A stretch of 64,000 nucleotides of DNA from Peptococcaceae bacterium UBA5767. Its GTDB lineage: Bacteria > Bacillota > TC1 > UBA5767. The translations under genes were made by a program, and so were the position numbers. Under the pieces are notes generated by a model. The model was not told the DNA's origin and made no database searches. It was given only the letters and a program-made list of their open reading frames with translations. The DNA lies in contig DIET01000014.1 of assembly GCA_002418765.1 (NCBI GenBank), forward strand, positions 48,376 through 112,375, in the 5' to 3' direction. Of the stretch, positions 20,228 through 29,417 are shown piece by piece (the stretch's first letter is position 1; each line of letters starts with the position of its first letter).

Positions 20228-20830
20228 CTATTCTGGATAAATGCGCATGCGCTCGGATAAAGGCAGAAATGTTTTTTCTTCCGGTTCTGCAACAATTCCT
20301 CCAAAAGGCATTTGGGAAATAAGTTTCCAGTTTCTTGGTATGTTGTACTGCAAGGTGACATATTCATTGATGATTTCAGTGTAGTGTTGTAATGAAGCTC
20401 CTATGTTAACGCTTGATAGCGCTGTCCAGATGATATACTGCAATATGCCAGAAGATTGCATCGACCAATCTGGGTAATTGTGTGCATATTTGGGATATTT
20501 GGTTTGCAGACCAGTGACTGTTTCTTGGTCTTCAAAAAAAAGAATCGTTCCATATCCAGCGTTGAATTCATCAATCTTGAGGGCTGTTTTTGGGAATTTT
20601 TCAGGTTTAATCATTTCTTGAAGCAATGTTTTCAACGTCTCCCAGAATTTGTTGTGATGTTCTTGTAATAAGACAACAATTCTGCCTGATTGAGAATTGT
20701 TAGCGGAAGGACAGTATTTTAAAGCGTTTTCGACGAGCAATAAAAATTCCTCTTGAGACAATGGGAGCTTGTTTTCAATCGCATAACGAGAACGACGATG
20801 GATGACATCTTTAAGGTAACGAGACTGCAT
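20228..20830 (-). CDS. nitroreductase family protein
   Basis: HRRSRYAI... N-terminal motif, about 200 aa, overall resemblance to FMN nitroreductase fold proteins. Assignment from memory of family consensus only. Confidence 0.65.
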   Translation of the reverse strand: MQSRYLKDVIHRRSRYAIENKLPLSQEEFLLLVENALKYCPSANNSQSGRIVVLLQEHHNKFWETLKTLLQEMIKPEKFPKTALKIDEFNAGYGTILFFEDQETVTGLQTKYPKYAHNYPDWSMQSSGILQYIIWTALSSVNIGASLQHYTEIINEYVTLQYNIPRNWKLISQMPFGGIVAEPEEKTFLPLSERMRIYPE

Positions 20831-21011
20831 AAAAACCTCCTTGATTTCTTTCAGTCTATCATAATTCCCGCATCTTGTATAAGTGTAATCCTTTGTGGTA
20901 TTACGATATCCATACTATGATTTGGCTCATTAGTGATAATAATTTCAATTCGTAGTGTCATTCGTGTATACTTATATCAATCACATGAAAAATTAAATTC
21001 AGGAGGATGCT

Positions 21012-21290
21012 ATGTGGACACATGTTGAGGGAATGGAAGGAAGAAAACTGAAATTGTATGCGTTATCAACTTGCGGATGGTGCAAAAAAACAAAAGATCT
21101 GCTTGGTGAAAATGGTGTTGCCTATGATTATGTTTTTGTAGATTTGTTGTCATCAGCTGACAAAGATTCTGCCATTGCCGAAATGGAAAAAATGGTTAGT
21201 GATTTGGCCTTTCCACTACTGGTAATTGACGAAGAGTTATCGATTCAAGGTTATAAACCAGAAGATATTCAGGTTGCTATTCATGGATAA
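21012..21290 (+). CDS. glutaredoxin-like protein (YruB/NrdH-like, CGWC active site)
   Basis: KLKLYALSTCGWCKKTKDLL... thioredoxin-fold CxxC motif, 92 aa, AGGAGGA RBS. Confidence 0.72.
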   Translation: MWTHVEGMEGRKLKLYALSTCGWCKKTKDLLGENGVAYDYVFVDLLSSADKDSAIAEMEKMVSDLAFPLLVIDEELSIQGYKPEDIQVAIHG

Positions 21291-21780
21291 ATCAGATAAA
21301 GAGAGAGTCAATGAGTTCTATCAAAGTATCCAGGCGGAGATTGAGGGAAAGGGCTACTATTTAAATCCTGACCGTTCATTTGTGGATGAGTTGTTGCTTG
21401 GCCTTTTGCAAAACAACGATCGCTATGGCTATCCTTCATGCCCTTGTCGTCTATCTGCCGGGATAAAAGAGCAGGATATGGATTTGATTTGTCCTTGTGA
21501 TTACAGAGATGATGACCTGGCTGAATTCGGAGCATGTTATTGTGCTCTGTATGTGGATGAAGATGTATGGGCAGGATTGAAGACGATTTCTTCAATCCCA
21601 GAACGAAGAAAAAAGAGAACCGATAGTCAATCCATGGATCTCTTGGATTCTTCTAATCCATCCTTGGCTTACCCAGTCTATCGCTGCAAGGTTTGTGGCT
21701 ATTTGATGGCCAAAGATCAGCCACCTTCTAAATGTCCCATTTGTGGCGTTAGCAAAGAGAGATTTGAACGATTCATGTAG
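21283..21780 (+). CDS. ferredoxin:thioredoxin reductase catalytic-subunit-like protein fused to a C-terminal rubredoxin-type zinc/iron ribbon
   Basis: CPC...CPC...CYC cysteine pattern (SCPCRLS, LICPCDY, GACYCALYV) typical of FTR catalytic chain. C-terminus has CKVCG...CPICG. ATG 21283 overlaps the upstream stop (ATGGATAA), so the listed 21226 start is rejected. Confidence 0.75.
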   Translation: MDKSDKERVNEFYQSIQAEIEGKGYYLNPDRSFVDELLLGLLQNNDRYGYPSCPCRLSAGIKEQDMDLICPCDYRDDDLAEFGACYCALYVDEDVWAGLKTISSIPERRKKRTDSQSMDLLDSSNPSLAYPVYRCKVCGYLMAKDQPPSKCPICGVSKERFERFM

Positions 21781-21790
21781 GAGGAAAACA

Positions 21791-22282
21791 ATGGATATAT
21801 TGAAAACAGCGATGGGTATGGAACAAATGAGCATCAAGTATTATCAAGAGTTGGGTGAAAAGGTAGGGTTAGCAGCTGTTCGTGGAGCAACCAAGCTTTT
21901 GGTTGAGGAAGAAGAGAAACATGTTCAATTTATACGAGAGTATTTGGCTGACAAGAATGCCTGTTTAGAAGATTCTGATGAGAGTTTTGATATTGCTGAT
22001 ATATTTTTTCAATTTAAAAATGAAATCAGGAGTCCATTAAGCATTGACAATTCCATTCTTACTTTGTATCAAAAAGGGATAGAAATGGAACAAAAGAGCA
22101 TCGACTTATATGAAGGCTTGCTTGGCTCGATGGATGCTGAAAATGATCGTGCGATTATTAAGAAACTGATACTCGAAGAAAAGAAACATAAAGATTTTTT
22201 AGAAGGCCTTTTGGATTTGACCAGAACCAGTGAAGAGTGGATCGAGGATCCAGAGTTTAACCATATTGGCGAAAACTATTAA
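21791..22282 (+). CDS. ferritin-like di-iron protein (rubrerythrin-type four-helix bundle without rubredoxin domain)
   Basis: Two E...ExxH pairs (MEQMS...EEEEKH and MEQKS...EEKKHKDF). AGGAGGA RBS before ATG 21791, 10 nt after the preceding stop. Confidence 0.7.
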   Translation: MDILKTAMGMEQMSIKYYQELGEKVGLAAVRGATKLLVEEEEKHVQFIREYLADKNACLEDSDESFDIADIFFQFKNEIRSPLSIDNSILTLYQKGIEMEQKSIDLYEGLLGSMDAENDRAIIKKLILEEKKHKDFLEGLLDLTRTSEEWIEDPEFNHIGENY

Positions 22283-22412
22283 TATGGTTATGTAAACGGA
22301 TAAATTGAATGGGAACGATTAGCCTTGTTATGGAATATGTTTGAAGATATTTGTATTGTATCTCATTAAGAATTTGATCGTTTGATGGTGACGTTGAACC
22401 TTAAAAAACTAC

Positions 22413-22441
22413 TTGATTTTAGAATTACTTTCCTGTATAAT
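22413..22441 (+). promoter_or_regulatory. sigmaA-type promoter of the rimP-nusA-infB operon
   Basis: TTGATT-17 nt-TATAAT. Confidence 0.6.
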
Positions 22442-22470
22442 AAGCAATGCAAACATAAGGACGACATGGG

Positions 22471-22495
22471 AAGTGGGCAATGAGCCCACTTTTTA
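22471..22495 (+). terminator. terminator-like hairpin in the rimP-nusA leader (candidate attenuator)
   Basis: AAGTGGGC-aatga-GCCCACTT followed by TTT, about 25 nt downstream of the predicted start site and 12 nt upstream of the rimP RBS. Confidence 0.55.
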
Positions 22496-22518
22496 TATTA
22501 TACACAGGAGGTTGAACG

Positions 22519-22983
22519 ATGAGTTCTAAAGATATTCAACAACGTCTAGAAGATAGATTTGAAAGAGATATACAAGAATTAGGTTTTTCACTTCGTTATG
22601 TTGAATGGATTAAAGAAGGTGCGGAACAATACTTGAGATTCTTTATTTCTAGTCCTGAAGGAATCAGTGTAGATGATTGTGAAAAGGTTTCAAGATTTTT
22701 GGATCCTTTGCTGGATAGTGAAATAGACTTAAATCAAGAAGGTTATATCCTGGAAGTATCTTCACCCGGTATTGAAGCTCCACTTAGAAAAGAACGTGAT
22801 TATGTGGAAGCCATTGATGCCTGGATTTCTGTTAAACTTTATCAAAAGCTTGATGGTAAAAAGCAATTTGAAGGTATTTTGAAGCGCTTTGATCCTTCCA
22901 GCATTACCTTAGAAATTAATGGAATAGAAAGGACGCTTAACCGAGATATGATTAGCTCTGCCCGATTGGCAGTACAATTGTAA
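22519..22983 (+). CDS. rimP: ribosome maturation factor RimP
   Basis: LEVSSPGIEAPL motif, 154 aa, position immediately upstream of nusA. Confidence 0.9.
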   Translation: MSSKDIQQRLEDRFERDIQELGFSLRYVEWIKEGAEQYLRFFISSPEGISVDDCEKVSRFLDPLLDSEIDLNQEGYILEVSSPGIEAPLRKERDYVEAIDAWISVKLYQKLDGKKQFEGILKRFDPSSITLEINGIERTLNRDMISSARLAVQL

Positions 22984-23006
22984 GGATTGCGCTGGAGGAG
23001 AAGACC

Positions 23007-24188
23007 ATGAACAAGGAATTTATTTCTGCATTAAAAGAGATTGAGAAGGAAAAAGGAATCTCAATAGACATTTTAATTGAAGCATTAGAAGCCGCTCTGA
23101 TATCTGCTTATAAAAAGAATTTTAGCACCCCTCAAAGTGTACGGGTGGTCATTGACAAGGATCTTGGCAGTATTCAGGTTTTTGCACAGAAATTCATTGT
23201 TGAGGAAGTAAATGATGATCGACTTGAGGTTTCTTTGGAAGAGGCCAAAATAATCGATTCCTCATACGATATTGGTGATGTTATAGAAAATGAAGTTACT
23301 CCGCGTGATTTCGGAAGAATTGCAGCCCAAACTGCCAAACAAGTAGTTGTGCAGCGAATCAGAGAAGCAGAACGAAACATTATTTTTGAAGAGTTCAGTA
23401 ATCGTGAAAGTGATATCATCACAGGTGTCGTACAAAGAATCGAAAATGGCAACATATTTATCGATTTTGGTAAGACTGAAGGCATGTTGCCCGTAGCAGA
23501 ACAAATTTCAAAAGAGCGATATACGACTGGTGAACGCATCAAGGTCTATATTGTTGAAGTTAAGAAGACCAATAAAGGACCTCAGATTATTATATCAAGA
23601 ACTCATCCTGGCTTGATCAAACGGTTATTTGAATTAGAGGTGCCTGAAATCCATGATGGAACTGTTGAAATTAAAAGTGTTTCTCGTGAACCGGGAGCCA
23701 GAAGCAAAGTTGCCGTCTATTCAGAGAGTGATGCGATAGATGCAGTTGGTTCTTGCGTTGGGCCAAAAGGAGCACGTGTTCAGAGAATTGTTGATGAGCT
23801 TGCCGGGGAAAAAATTGATATTGTCAATTGGGATGAAGATCCTAAGGTCTTTGTTGCCAATGCATTGTCTCCATCCAAAGTTGTAGAAATATTTTTAGAG
23901 GATGGAAACAACGCCGCCAGGGTCGTGGTCCCCGACAATCAATTATCACTGGCTATTGGGAAAGAAGGTCAGAATGTTCGATTGGCTGCCAAATTAACAG
24001 GCTGGAAAATTGATATCAAAAGCGAAACTCAAATGGAGCAATATATAGAGGAGCATGGCGGAGAAGATGCTTTTCAATCTGAGGGATCCGAATTTACCAT
24101 GAGATTGGCAGCCTTAATGCAAGAGGATGAAGATATTATCGATGTTTTTGGTGAATTGGAGGAAGAAAATTTAGAGAATGAAGAATAA
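23007..24188 (+). CDS. nusA: transcription termination/antitermination factor NusA
   Basis: N-terminal domain, S1 domain (GVVQRIENGNIFIDFGKTEG), two KH domains (GPKGARVQRI, GKEGQNVRLA). Confidence 0.95.
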   Translation: MNKEFISALKEIEKEKGISIDILIEALEAALISAYKKNFSTPQSVRVVIDKDLGSIQVFAQKFIVEEVNDDRLEVSLEEAKIIDSSYDIGDVIENEVTPRDFGRIAAQTAKQVVVQRIREAERNIIFEEFSNRESDIITGVVQRIENGNIFIDFGKTEGMLPVAEQISKERYTTGERIKVYIVEVKKTNKGPQIIISRTHPGLIKRLFELEVPEIHDGTVEIKSVSREPGARSKVAVYSESDAIDAVGSCVGPKGARVQRIVDELAGEKIDIVNWDEDPKVFVANALSPSKVVEIFLEDGNNAARVVVPDNQLSLAIGKEGQNVRLAAKLTGWKIDIKSETQMEQYIEEHGGEDAFQSEGSEFTMRLAALMQEDEDIIDVFGELEEENLENEE

Positions 24189-24450
24189 AAAGATTCCTAT
24201 GAGAAGCTGTGTCGGTTGCAGAGAAAAAAAGGAAAAAAAATATTTGATTCGTATTGTGCGAACACCTGATCAACAGGTGCAACTAGATCCCGGTGGAAAA
24301 ATGCCTGGACGAGGTGCTTACATATGTAGGAATGAAGACTGTTTTAAGAAGGCCATTAAGAGCAAGAGTCTGGCAAAAGCACTGGATATGGATTTGGATG
24401 ATGACTTGATTGTCGAGATAAGCAATATGGTTTTGAAAAATGGATCATAA
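24178..24450 (+). CDS. ylxR: YlxR/RnpM family (DUF448) RNA-binding protein
   Basis: MRSCVGCREKKEKKYLIRIV and GRGAYIC motifs. Conserved nusA-ylxR-ylxQ-infB order. Confidence 0.85.
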   Translation: MKNKKIPMRSCVGCREKKEKKYLIRIVRTPDQQVQLDPGGKMPGRGAYICRNEDCFKKAIKSKSLAKALDMDLDDDLIVEISNMVLKNGS

Positions 24451-24727
24451 ATTGGCTACGCTATTGGGATTTGCATCAAAATCCGGTAATCTTGTATCAG
24501 GCGATAATACATGCCGGGCTCATCTGCGTTCCATAAAATTAATTATTATGAGCACAGATTGCAAAGAAGAGGCAGCGAATTTTTTTGCCAGACAATTTCA
24601 AAATAAATGCTATACCGTAGGAAATCGCTACGAACTGGGATTGGCTATAGGAAAATCACCTAGAACTGTCATTGGCATTACTGATGCGCAATTTGCAAAA
24701 AGCATAGAGAAATCTATGAGAGGTTAA
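24440..24727 (+). CDS. ylxQ: L7Ae/L30e-family ribosomal-protein-like YlxQ
   Basis: LLGFASKSGNLVSG motif, about 95 aa, conserved position before infB. Confidence 0.8.
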   Translation: MDHKLATLLGFASKSGNLVSGDNTCRAHLRSIKLIIMSTDCKEEAANFFARQFQNKCYTVGNRYELGLAIGKSPRTVIGITDAQFAKSIEKSMRG

Positions 24728-24745
24728 ATAACGGAGGTATACAGC

Positions 24746-27130
24746 ATGGCAAAAAAAAGATTATATGAACTGGCGAAGGAACTAAAAACAACCAATCAAG
24801 AAATGTTATGGGTAACAAAAAAATTAGGTGTTGATGTAAAAAACCATATGAGCACCATATCGGAAGAGGATGAAACAAAAGTTAGAAGCTTCATTGCAGA
24901 AGCTTTCAAACGTCTAGAACAGAAGGAAAAAGAACGCAAACAAGCTTTGCAAGATAAAAGAGATGCTGAGCAAAAGGCGGCGCAACAACAGGTTGCTCCC
25001 CAAAAGAAACCTACTCCGGTAAAAAAATCCGAGCAAGAGGTTCGGAAGCCTGCTACAGCACGGCCAAGACCTGCAACCACGGATAGGCCAAGACCTGCAA
25101 CCACAGATAAGCCAAGGCCTATTTCCAGAAAACCAGCTGATGCTAAAAACACCAAATCGGTTGAAAAGGAATCGGTGGATGAACTTTTTATCGCACCAGC
25201 ACGCAAGAAGATCAAACCAGTCGAGAAAAAGAAAAAACCACTGGAAGAGGAAGAGGATCGTTTCAGTAAAAAAGCAAAGAAAGAAAAAATTGATCGCAAT
25301 AAGTCTTTGAGTGATAGAAAAAGTTCACAAAGAGACAGAAGAAAGAAGTCCAAGTCACCGAAACAGGCACCAGCATTGGTTACTGAGGTAACCATTGGTG
25401 AAGAAATTATGATTAAAGATCTTGCTATGAAAATCAGTAAAACAGCATCTGATGTGATTTCTAAACTCATGAAACTTGGCGTACTTGTGACCATCAATGA
25501 AACGATTGACTATGATACGGCTGCCTTGGTTCTCGATGAATACAACATCAAAGTAGAATTCAAAAGCAACAAACGAATCACGCAAATCGAGTTACCCAAG
25601 ACACATGTAGATGGTGACGCAATCAAAAGACCTCCCATCATTACAGTGATGGGCCATGTGGACCATGGTAAAACATCCTTGTTAGATGCTATTCGATCTA
25701 CCAAGGTCACCGAAGGAGAGGCCGGCGGAATCACGCAGCATATAGGTGCTTATCAAGTTGAACACAACAATGAAAAGTTAACATTTATTGATACTCCTGG
25801 CCATGCTGCCTTTACATCCATGAGAGCGCGTGGAGCACAGGTTACTGACATTGCTATTCTTGTGGTTGCCGCCGATGATGGTGTGAAGCCGCAGACCATA
25901 GAAGCGATTGCTCACTCTAAAGCAGCCAAAGTACCTATCATTGTTGCCATCAACAAAATGGACAAAGAAGGGGCGAACCCCGAACGCGTGATGCAACAGT
26001 TAACTGAATACGAACTGGTTTCCGAAGAGTGGGGCGGCGATACAATCTTTTGTAAGGTATCTGCCATCACCAAAGATGGATTGGAAAATCTTTTAGAAAT
26101 GATTCTTCTGGTTTCAGAGATGTTGGAATTAAGAGCCGTACCCGACAGGTTGGCAGATGGTTTTGTCATCGAAGCAGAACTTGACAAGGGGAAAGGGCCT
26201 GTCGCGACTTTGTTGGTGAAACAAGGAACCTTGAAAGTAGGGGATGTCGTCGTTACTGGGCAGTGTGTAGGACGAGTACGTGCTATGTATGATGAACGTG
26301 GAGACAGTGTGGAAATGGCGCCTCCTTCTACGCCAGTAGAAGTCTTGGGCTTGAGTACGGTTCCACAAGCTGGCGATATTTTCCAATGTGTGGATGATGA
26401 AAAATATGGAAGAGACATTGTGGAACAGCGTTGCATTGTCGAAAAAGAAGAAGCTGTATCTAAGAATCGAAAGGTTACCCTAGAAGACTTGTTTAAAGGT
26501 TTGAATGAGGGTGAGAAAAAAGAACTGAATTTGATTATCAAAGGTGACGTCCAAGGTAGCGTTGAAGCATTGATCCAATCCTTACGTAATTTAAATACAG
26601 ATGAGGTTAAAGTATCCATTATCCACAGTGGAGTTGGTGCTATCACAGAAACAGATGTGATTCTTGCTTCGGCTTCAAGTGCTATCATCATTGGTTTTAA
26701 TGTGAGACCAGATGCCAATGCCAAGAAAGCGGCTGAGCTAGAAGAAGTGGACATCAAGCTTTATCGTATCATCTATGAAGCGATTGATGATGTTAAGGCA
26801 GCCATGTCTGGTTTACTGGATCCTGAGATCAAGGAAGTGGAATTGGGCGTGGTAGAAGTTCGAGATATCTTCAAAGTACCCAAGGTCGGGACCATTGCCG
26901 GATGTTATGTAACCAGTGGAAAAATAACCAATACAGCTAACGTTCGTATAGTGCGTGATGGTATTATCGTTTTCGATGGCAAACTAAGTTCATTAAAACG
27001 ATTCAAGGATGATGCCAAAGAGGTGGCCAGTGGATTTGAATGCGGGATAGGATTTGAGAAGTTTAATGATTTAAAAGAAGGTGATGTTATCGAAGCCTAT
27101 ACTTATGTCAAGCACGCAAGAGAACTCTAA
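24746..27130 (+). CDS. infB: translation initiation factor IF-2
   Basis: Lys/Glu/Pro-rich N-terminal region, G domain ([23 protein letters not shown]), C-terminal beta-barrels. Confidence 0.96.
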   Translation: MAKKRLYELAKELKTTNQEMLWVTKKLGVDVKNHMSTISEEDETKVRSFIAEAFKRLEQKEKERKQALQDKRDAEQKAAQQQVAPQKKPTPVKKSEQEVRKPATARPRPATTDRPRPATTDKPRPISRKPADAKNTKSVEKESVDELFIAPARKKIKPVEKKKKPLEEEEDRFSKKAKKEKIDRNKSLSDRKSSQRDRRKKSKSPKQAPALVTEVTIGEEIMIKDLAMKISKTASDVISKLMKLGVLVTINETIDYDTAALVLDEYNIKVEFKSNKRITQIELPKTHVDGDAIKRPPIITVMGHVDHGKTSLLDAIRSTKVTEGEAGGITQHIGAYQVEHNNEKLTFIDTPGHAAFTSMRARGAQVTDIAILVVAADDGVKPQTIEAIAHSKAAKVPIIVAINKMDKEGANPERVMQQLTEYELVSEEWGGDTIFCKVSAITKDGLENLLEMILLVSEMLELRAVPDRLADGFVIEAELDKGKGPVATLLVKQGTLKVGDVVVTGQCVGRVRAMYDERGDSVEMAPPSTPVEVLGLSTVPQAGDIFQCVDDEKYGRDIVEQRCIVEKEEAVSKNRKVTLEDLFKGLNEGEKKELNLIIKGDVQGSVEALIQSLRNLNTDEVKVSIIHSGVGAITETDVILASASSAIIIGFNVRPDANAKKAAELEEVDIKLYRIIYEAIDDVKAAMSGLLDPEIKEVELGVVEVRDIFKVPKVGTIAGCYVTSGKITNTANVRIVRDGIIVFDGKLSSLKRFKDDAKEVASGFECGIGFEKFNDLKEGDVIEAYTYVKHAREL
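25062..25120 (+). repeat. 24-bp in-frame tandem repeat (about 2.5 copies) in the IF-2 N-terminal region
   Basis: GGCCAAGACCTGCAACCAC(G/A)GATA x2 plus partial copy. Encodes [20 protein letters not shown]. Confidence 0.85.
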
Positions 27131-27158
27131 ACCGATTGCAAGAAATGGAAGTGATAAA

Positions 27159-27515
27159 ATGAGTAAACAAAGAGCCAGAAGGGTTTCAGAGGAATTAAAG
27201 AAGGAAGTTTCTATTATACTACGTGATCAGGTCAAAGATCCGAGGATGGGATTCATTACGATTACCAGTGTAGATGTGTCCAATGATCTTAGTGATGCCA
27301 AGATATATTTTAGCGTTCTTGGCGAAGCACATGATATCGAAGAAACTATTAAAGCTTTTGAAAGTGCAAAAGGATATATCCGTAGAGAAATTGGACAAAG
27401 GATCCAATTGCGTCATGTCCCGGAAATTAGATTTATCTACGATCATTCAATTGAACAGGGAAGTCATATCGATTCCTTATTAGAGCAAATAAAAAAAGGA
27501 GAATCCAGTGAATAA
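27159..27515 (+). CDS. rbfA: ribosome-binding factor A
   Basis: RARRVSEELKKEVSIILRD...ITSVDVSNDLSDAKIYFSV is typical RbfA. ATG 27159 is downstream of the infB stop, and the listed 27081 start would overlap infB. Confidence 0.92.
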   Translation: MSKQRARRVSEELKKEVSIILRDQVKDPRMGFITITSVDVSNDLSDAKIYFSVLGEAHDIEETIKAFESAKGYIRREIGQRIQLRHVPEIRFIYDHSIEQGSHIDSLLEQIKKGESSE

Positions 27516-28506
27516 CCATATCCATAAAATTCTGGAAGCTCTCAAAGACCAAAAAATATTGATTACCAGCCACAGGGACCCAGACGGGGATTGTCTGGGT
27601 TCTACAGTGGCTATGACATTGGCTTTACAGCAATTGGGCTATGAGGTAACAGCTGTCAATCGTGACATGATTCCCTATCGTTACGCATTCTTAGACCCCT
27701 CAGGTATCATAAAAACACCACATGCGTTATCTGATTATGATCACCAAGTTGCTATCGTATTGGATGCGAGTGATCTTCTGAGATTGGGTTATGACATGCA
27801 TGCATTGTTTCCGCACGTCAAGACTATCATCAATATTGACCATCATATGAGCAATCAATTGTTTGGTGATATCAATCTTATAAAGGTCAAAGCGGCTGCC
27901 AATTGTGAAATACTGTATGATGTTCTTACATTGATGAATGTTGTTGTCAATGAGGATATAGCCAATGCCCTTTATGTGGGAATAACGACAGATACAGGTT
28001 CTTTTAAATATGAGGCTACTTCGTCCAAAACACTTAGAATTGCTGCGTCGTTGATTGATCATGGGGCTGATATCAATCTTATTCGTACCAATGTATGGGA
28101 GAATGAACCTTTCAATCGGATTTTGGCTCTTAGCGAGGTATTGGATAATTTAAAGATATCTGAGGACGGCCGTCTCTCTTGGATTAAAATATCTCAAGGT
28201 GCTATTCTTAAACATCAGTTGACCAACGGTGATCTTGAATCCTTTGTGGACTATCCTCGCACCATTACAGGTGTTGAAGTTGCTTTGTTCATCAAAGAAA
28301 TTGAAGAAGGTTTTCTTAAGGTTTCGATTCGAACAAAATCATTGGTAGATGCTACAAAAATAGCTGGTATATTTGGCGGCGGAGGACATAAACGAGCTGC
28401 AGGCTTTAAAATCAAAGGTGATTTACTAGATCAAGAAGCTCACATCATTGAAAAAGTAAAACAAGAAATCGACAGGGAATTCTCATGCATGGATTTATCA
28501 ATGTAA
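27508..28506 (+). CDS. nrnA: DHH-family phosphoesterase NrnA-like (oligoribonuclease/pAp phosphatase)
   Basis: DPDGDCLGS, IDHH and GGGGHKRAAG (DHHA1) motifs. GTG start with AAGGAG RBS. Confidence 0.85.
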   Translation: MNNHIHKILEALKDQKILITSHRDPDGDCLGSTVAMTLALQQLGYEVTAVNRDMIPYRYAFLDPSGIIKTPHALSDYDHQVAIVLDASDLLRLGYDMHALFPHVKTIINIDHHMSNQLFGDINLIKVKAAANCEILYDVLTLMNVVVNEDIANALYVGITTDTGSFKYEATSSKTLRIAASLIDHGADINLIRTNVWENEPFNRILALSEVLDNLKISEDGRLSWIKISQGAILKHQLTNGDLESFVDYPRTITGVEVALFIKEIEEGFLKVSIRTKSLVDATKIAGIFGGGGHKRAAGFKIKGDLLDQEAHIIEKVKQEIDREFSCMDLSM

Positions 28507-29417
28507 AAAAAGAAGCTGGATGGACATCACATGATGTGGTGGCAAAATTAAGGGGAGTACTTAAGAATAAACGAATCGGTCATACAGGTACCCTGGACCC
28601 TGAAGCGGAGGGAGTTCTGGTGGTAGCCGTTGGCCAAGCTACTAAGTTTATTCAGTACATGGAAGACGTTCCCAAAACCTACCTTGCAACAATGATTTTT
28701 GGTCTTGCCACGGATACCGAAGACATTCATGGTGAAGTTGTGGAGACCAGAGAGATTCATGAGGTAGATGGGAGTCTGTTTGAAGCGTGTCTAACTTCTA
28801 TGAAGGGTAATCTTTGCCAAACGCCCCCCATGTATTCTGCTATAAAGATAAAGGGAAAGAAACTGTATCAACTTGCTCGTAAAGGGATCGAAATCGATCG
28901 ACCTTCTCGCAGCATTATTGTTTACGATAATAGAATATTGCAGATTCCCAGACAAGATGAAAATGGTCAATGGAAGGCAATATTTGAAGTCCATTGTTCA
29001 AAAGGAACCTATATCCGCACCTATTGTAAGGATTTGGCTCTATGCATGAATACGATAGGTGTAATGAGTGAATTATGCAGGACAGCAGTAGGTTCTTTTG
29101 CAATGAAAGAAGCACTTACTGTGCAGCAGATTATGGATTATGTCGATCGAGATGATTTTTCTTTCTTATTGCCTATTCCAGACGTTTTACCAGGGAAAAA
29201 GTACCAGGCGCAAAGTGATATCGCACAAAACAGAGTGATGCATGGTAATTATTTGGAATGGAATGATCTTGGAATCCATGGCCGTGAGGATATTGATGAC
29301 CCTCTCAATATGATCATAGTATCTCCCCATGGTGATTTCCTGGCTATGGGCCAATGTGCTGATGAGAACGATCGGATTGTTAAAATGAAGAAGGTGATGG
29401 CCCATGAAGATAATTGA
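28485..29417 (+). CDS. truB: tRNA pseudouridine(55) synthase
   Basis: GFINVKKEAGWTSHDVV and GHTGTLDPEAEGVL catalytic Asp motif. Confidence 0.93.
   Translation: MHGFINVKKEAGWTSHDVVAKLRGVLKNKRIGHTGTLDPEAEGVLVVAVGQATKFIQYMEDVPKTYLATMIFGLATDTEDIHGEVVETREIHEVDGSLFEACLTSMKGNLCQTPPMYSAIKIKGKKLYQLARKGIEIDRPSRSIIVYDNRILQIPRQDENGQWKAIFEVHCSKGTYIRTYCKDLALCMNTIGVMSELCRTAVGSFAMKEALTVQQIMDYVDRDDFSFLLPIPDVLPGKKYQAQSDIAQNRVMHGNYLEWNDLGIHGREDIDDPLNMIIVSPHGDFLAMGQCADENDRIVKMKKVMAHEDN

Noticed and set aside
25912-26757. 281-aa ORF on the minus strand inside infB. Similar long antisense ORFs are at 24796..25497, 5751..6416, 10811..11371, 13734..14264, 1456..1998 and 63138..63659.
   Set aside because: All lie fully antisense to strongly supported conserved genes. 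They have low-complexity Ser/Thr/Leu-rich translations, no RBS and no recognisable motifs. They are typical shadow ORFs of codon-biased genes.
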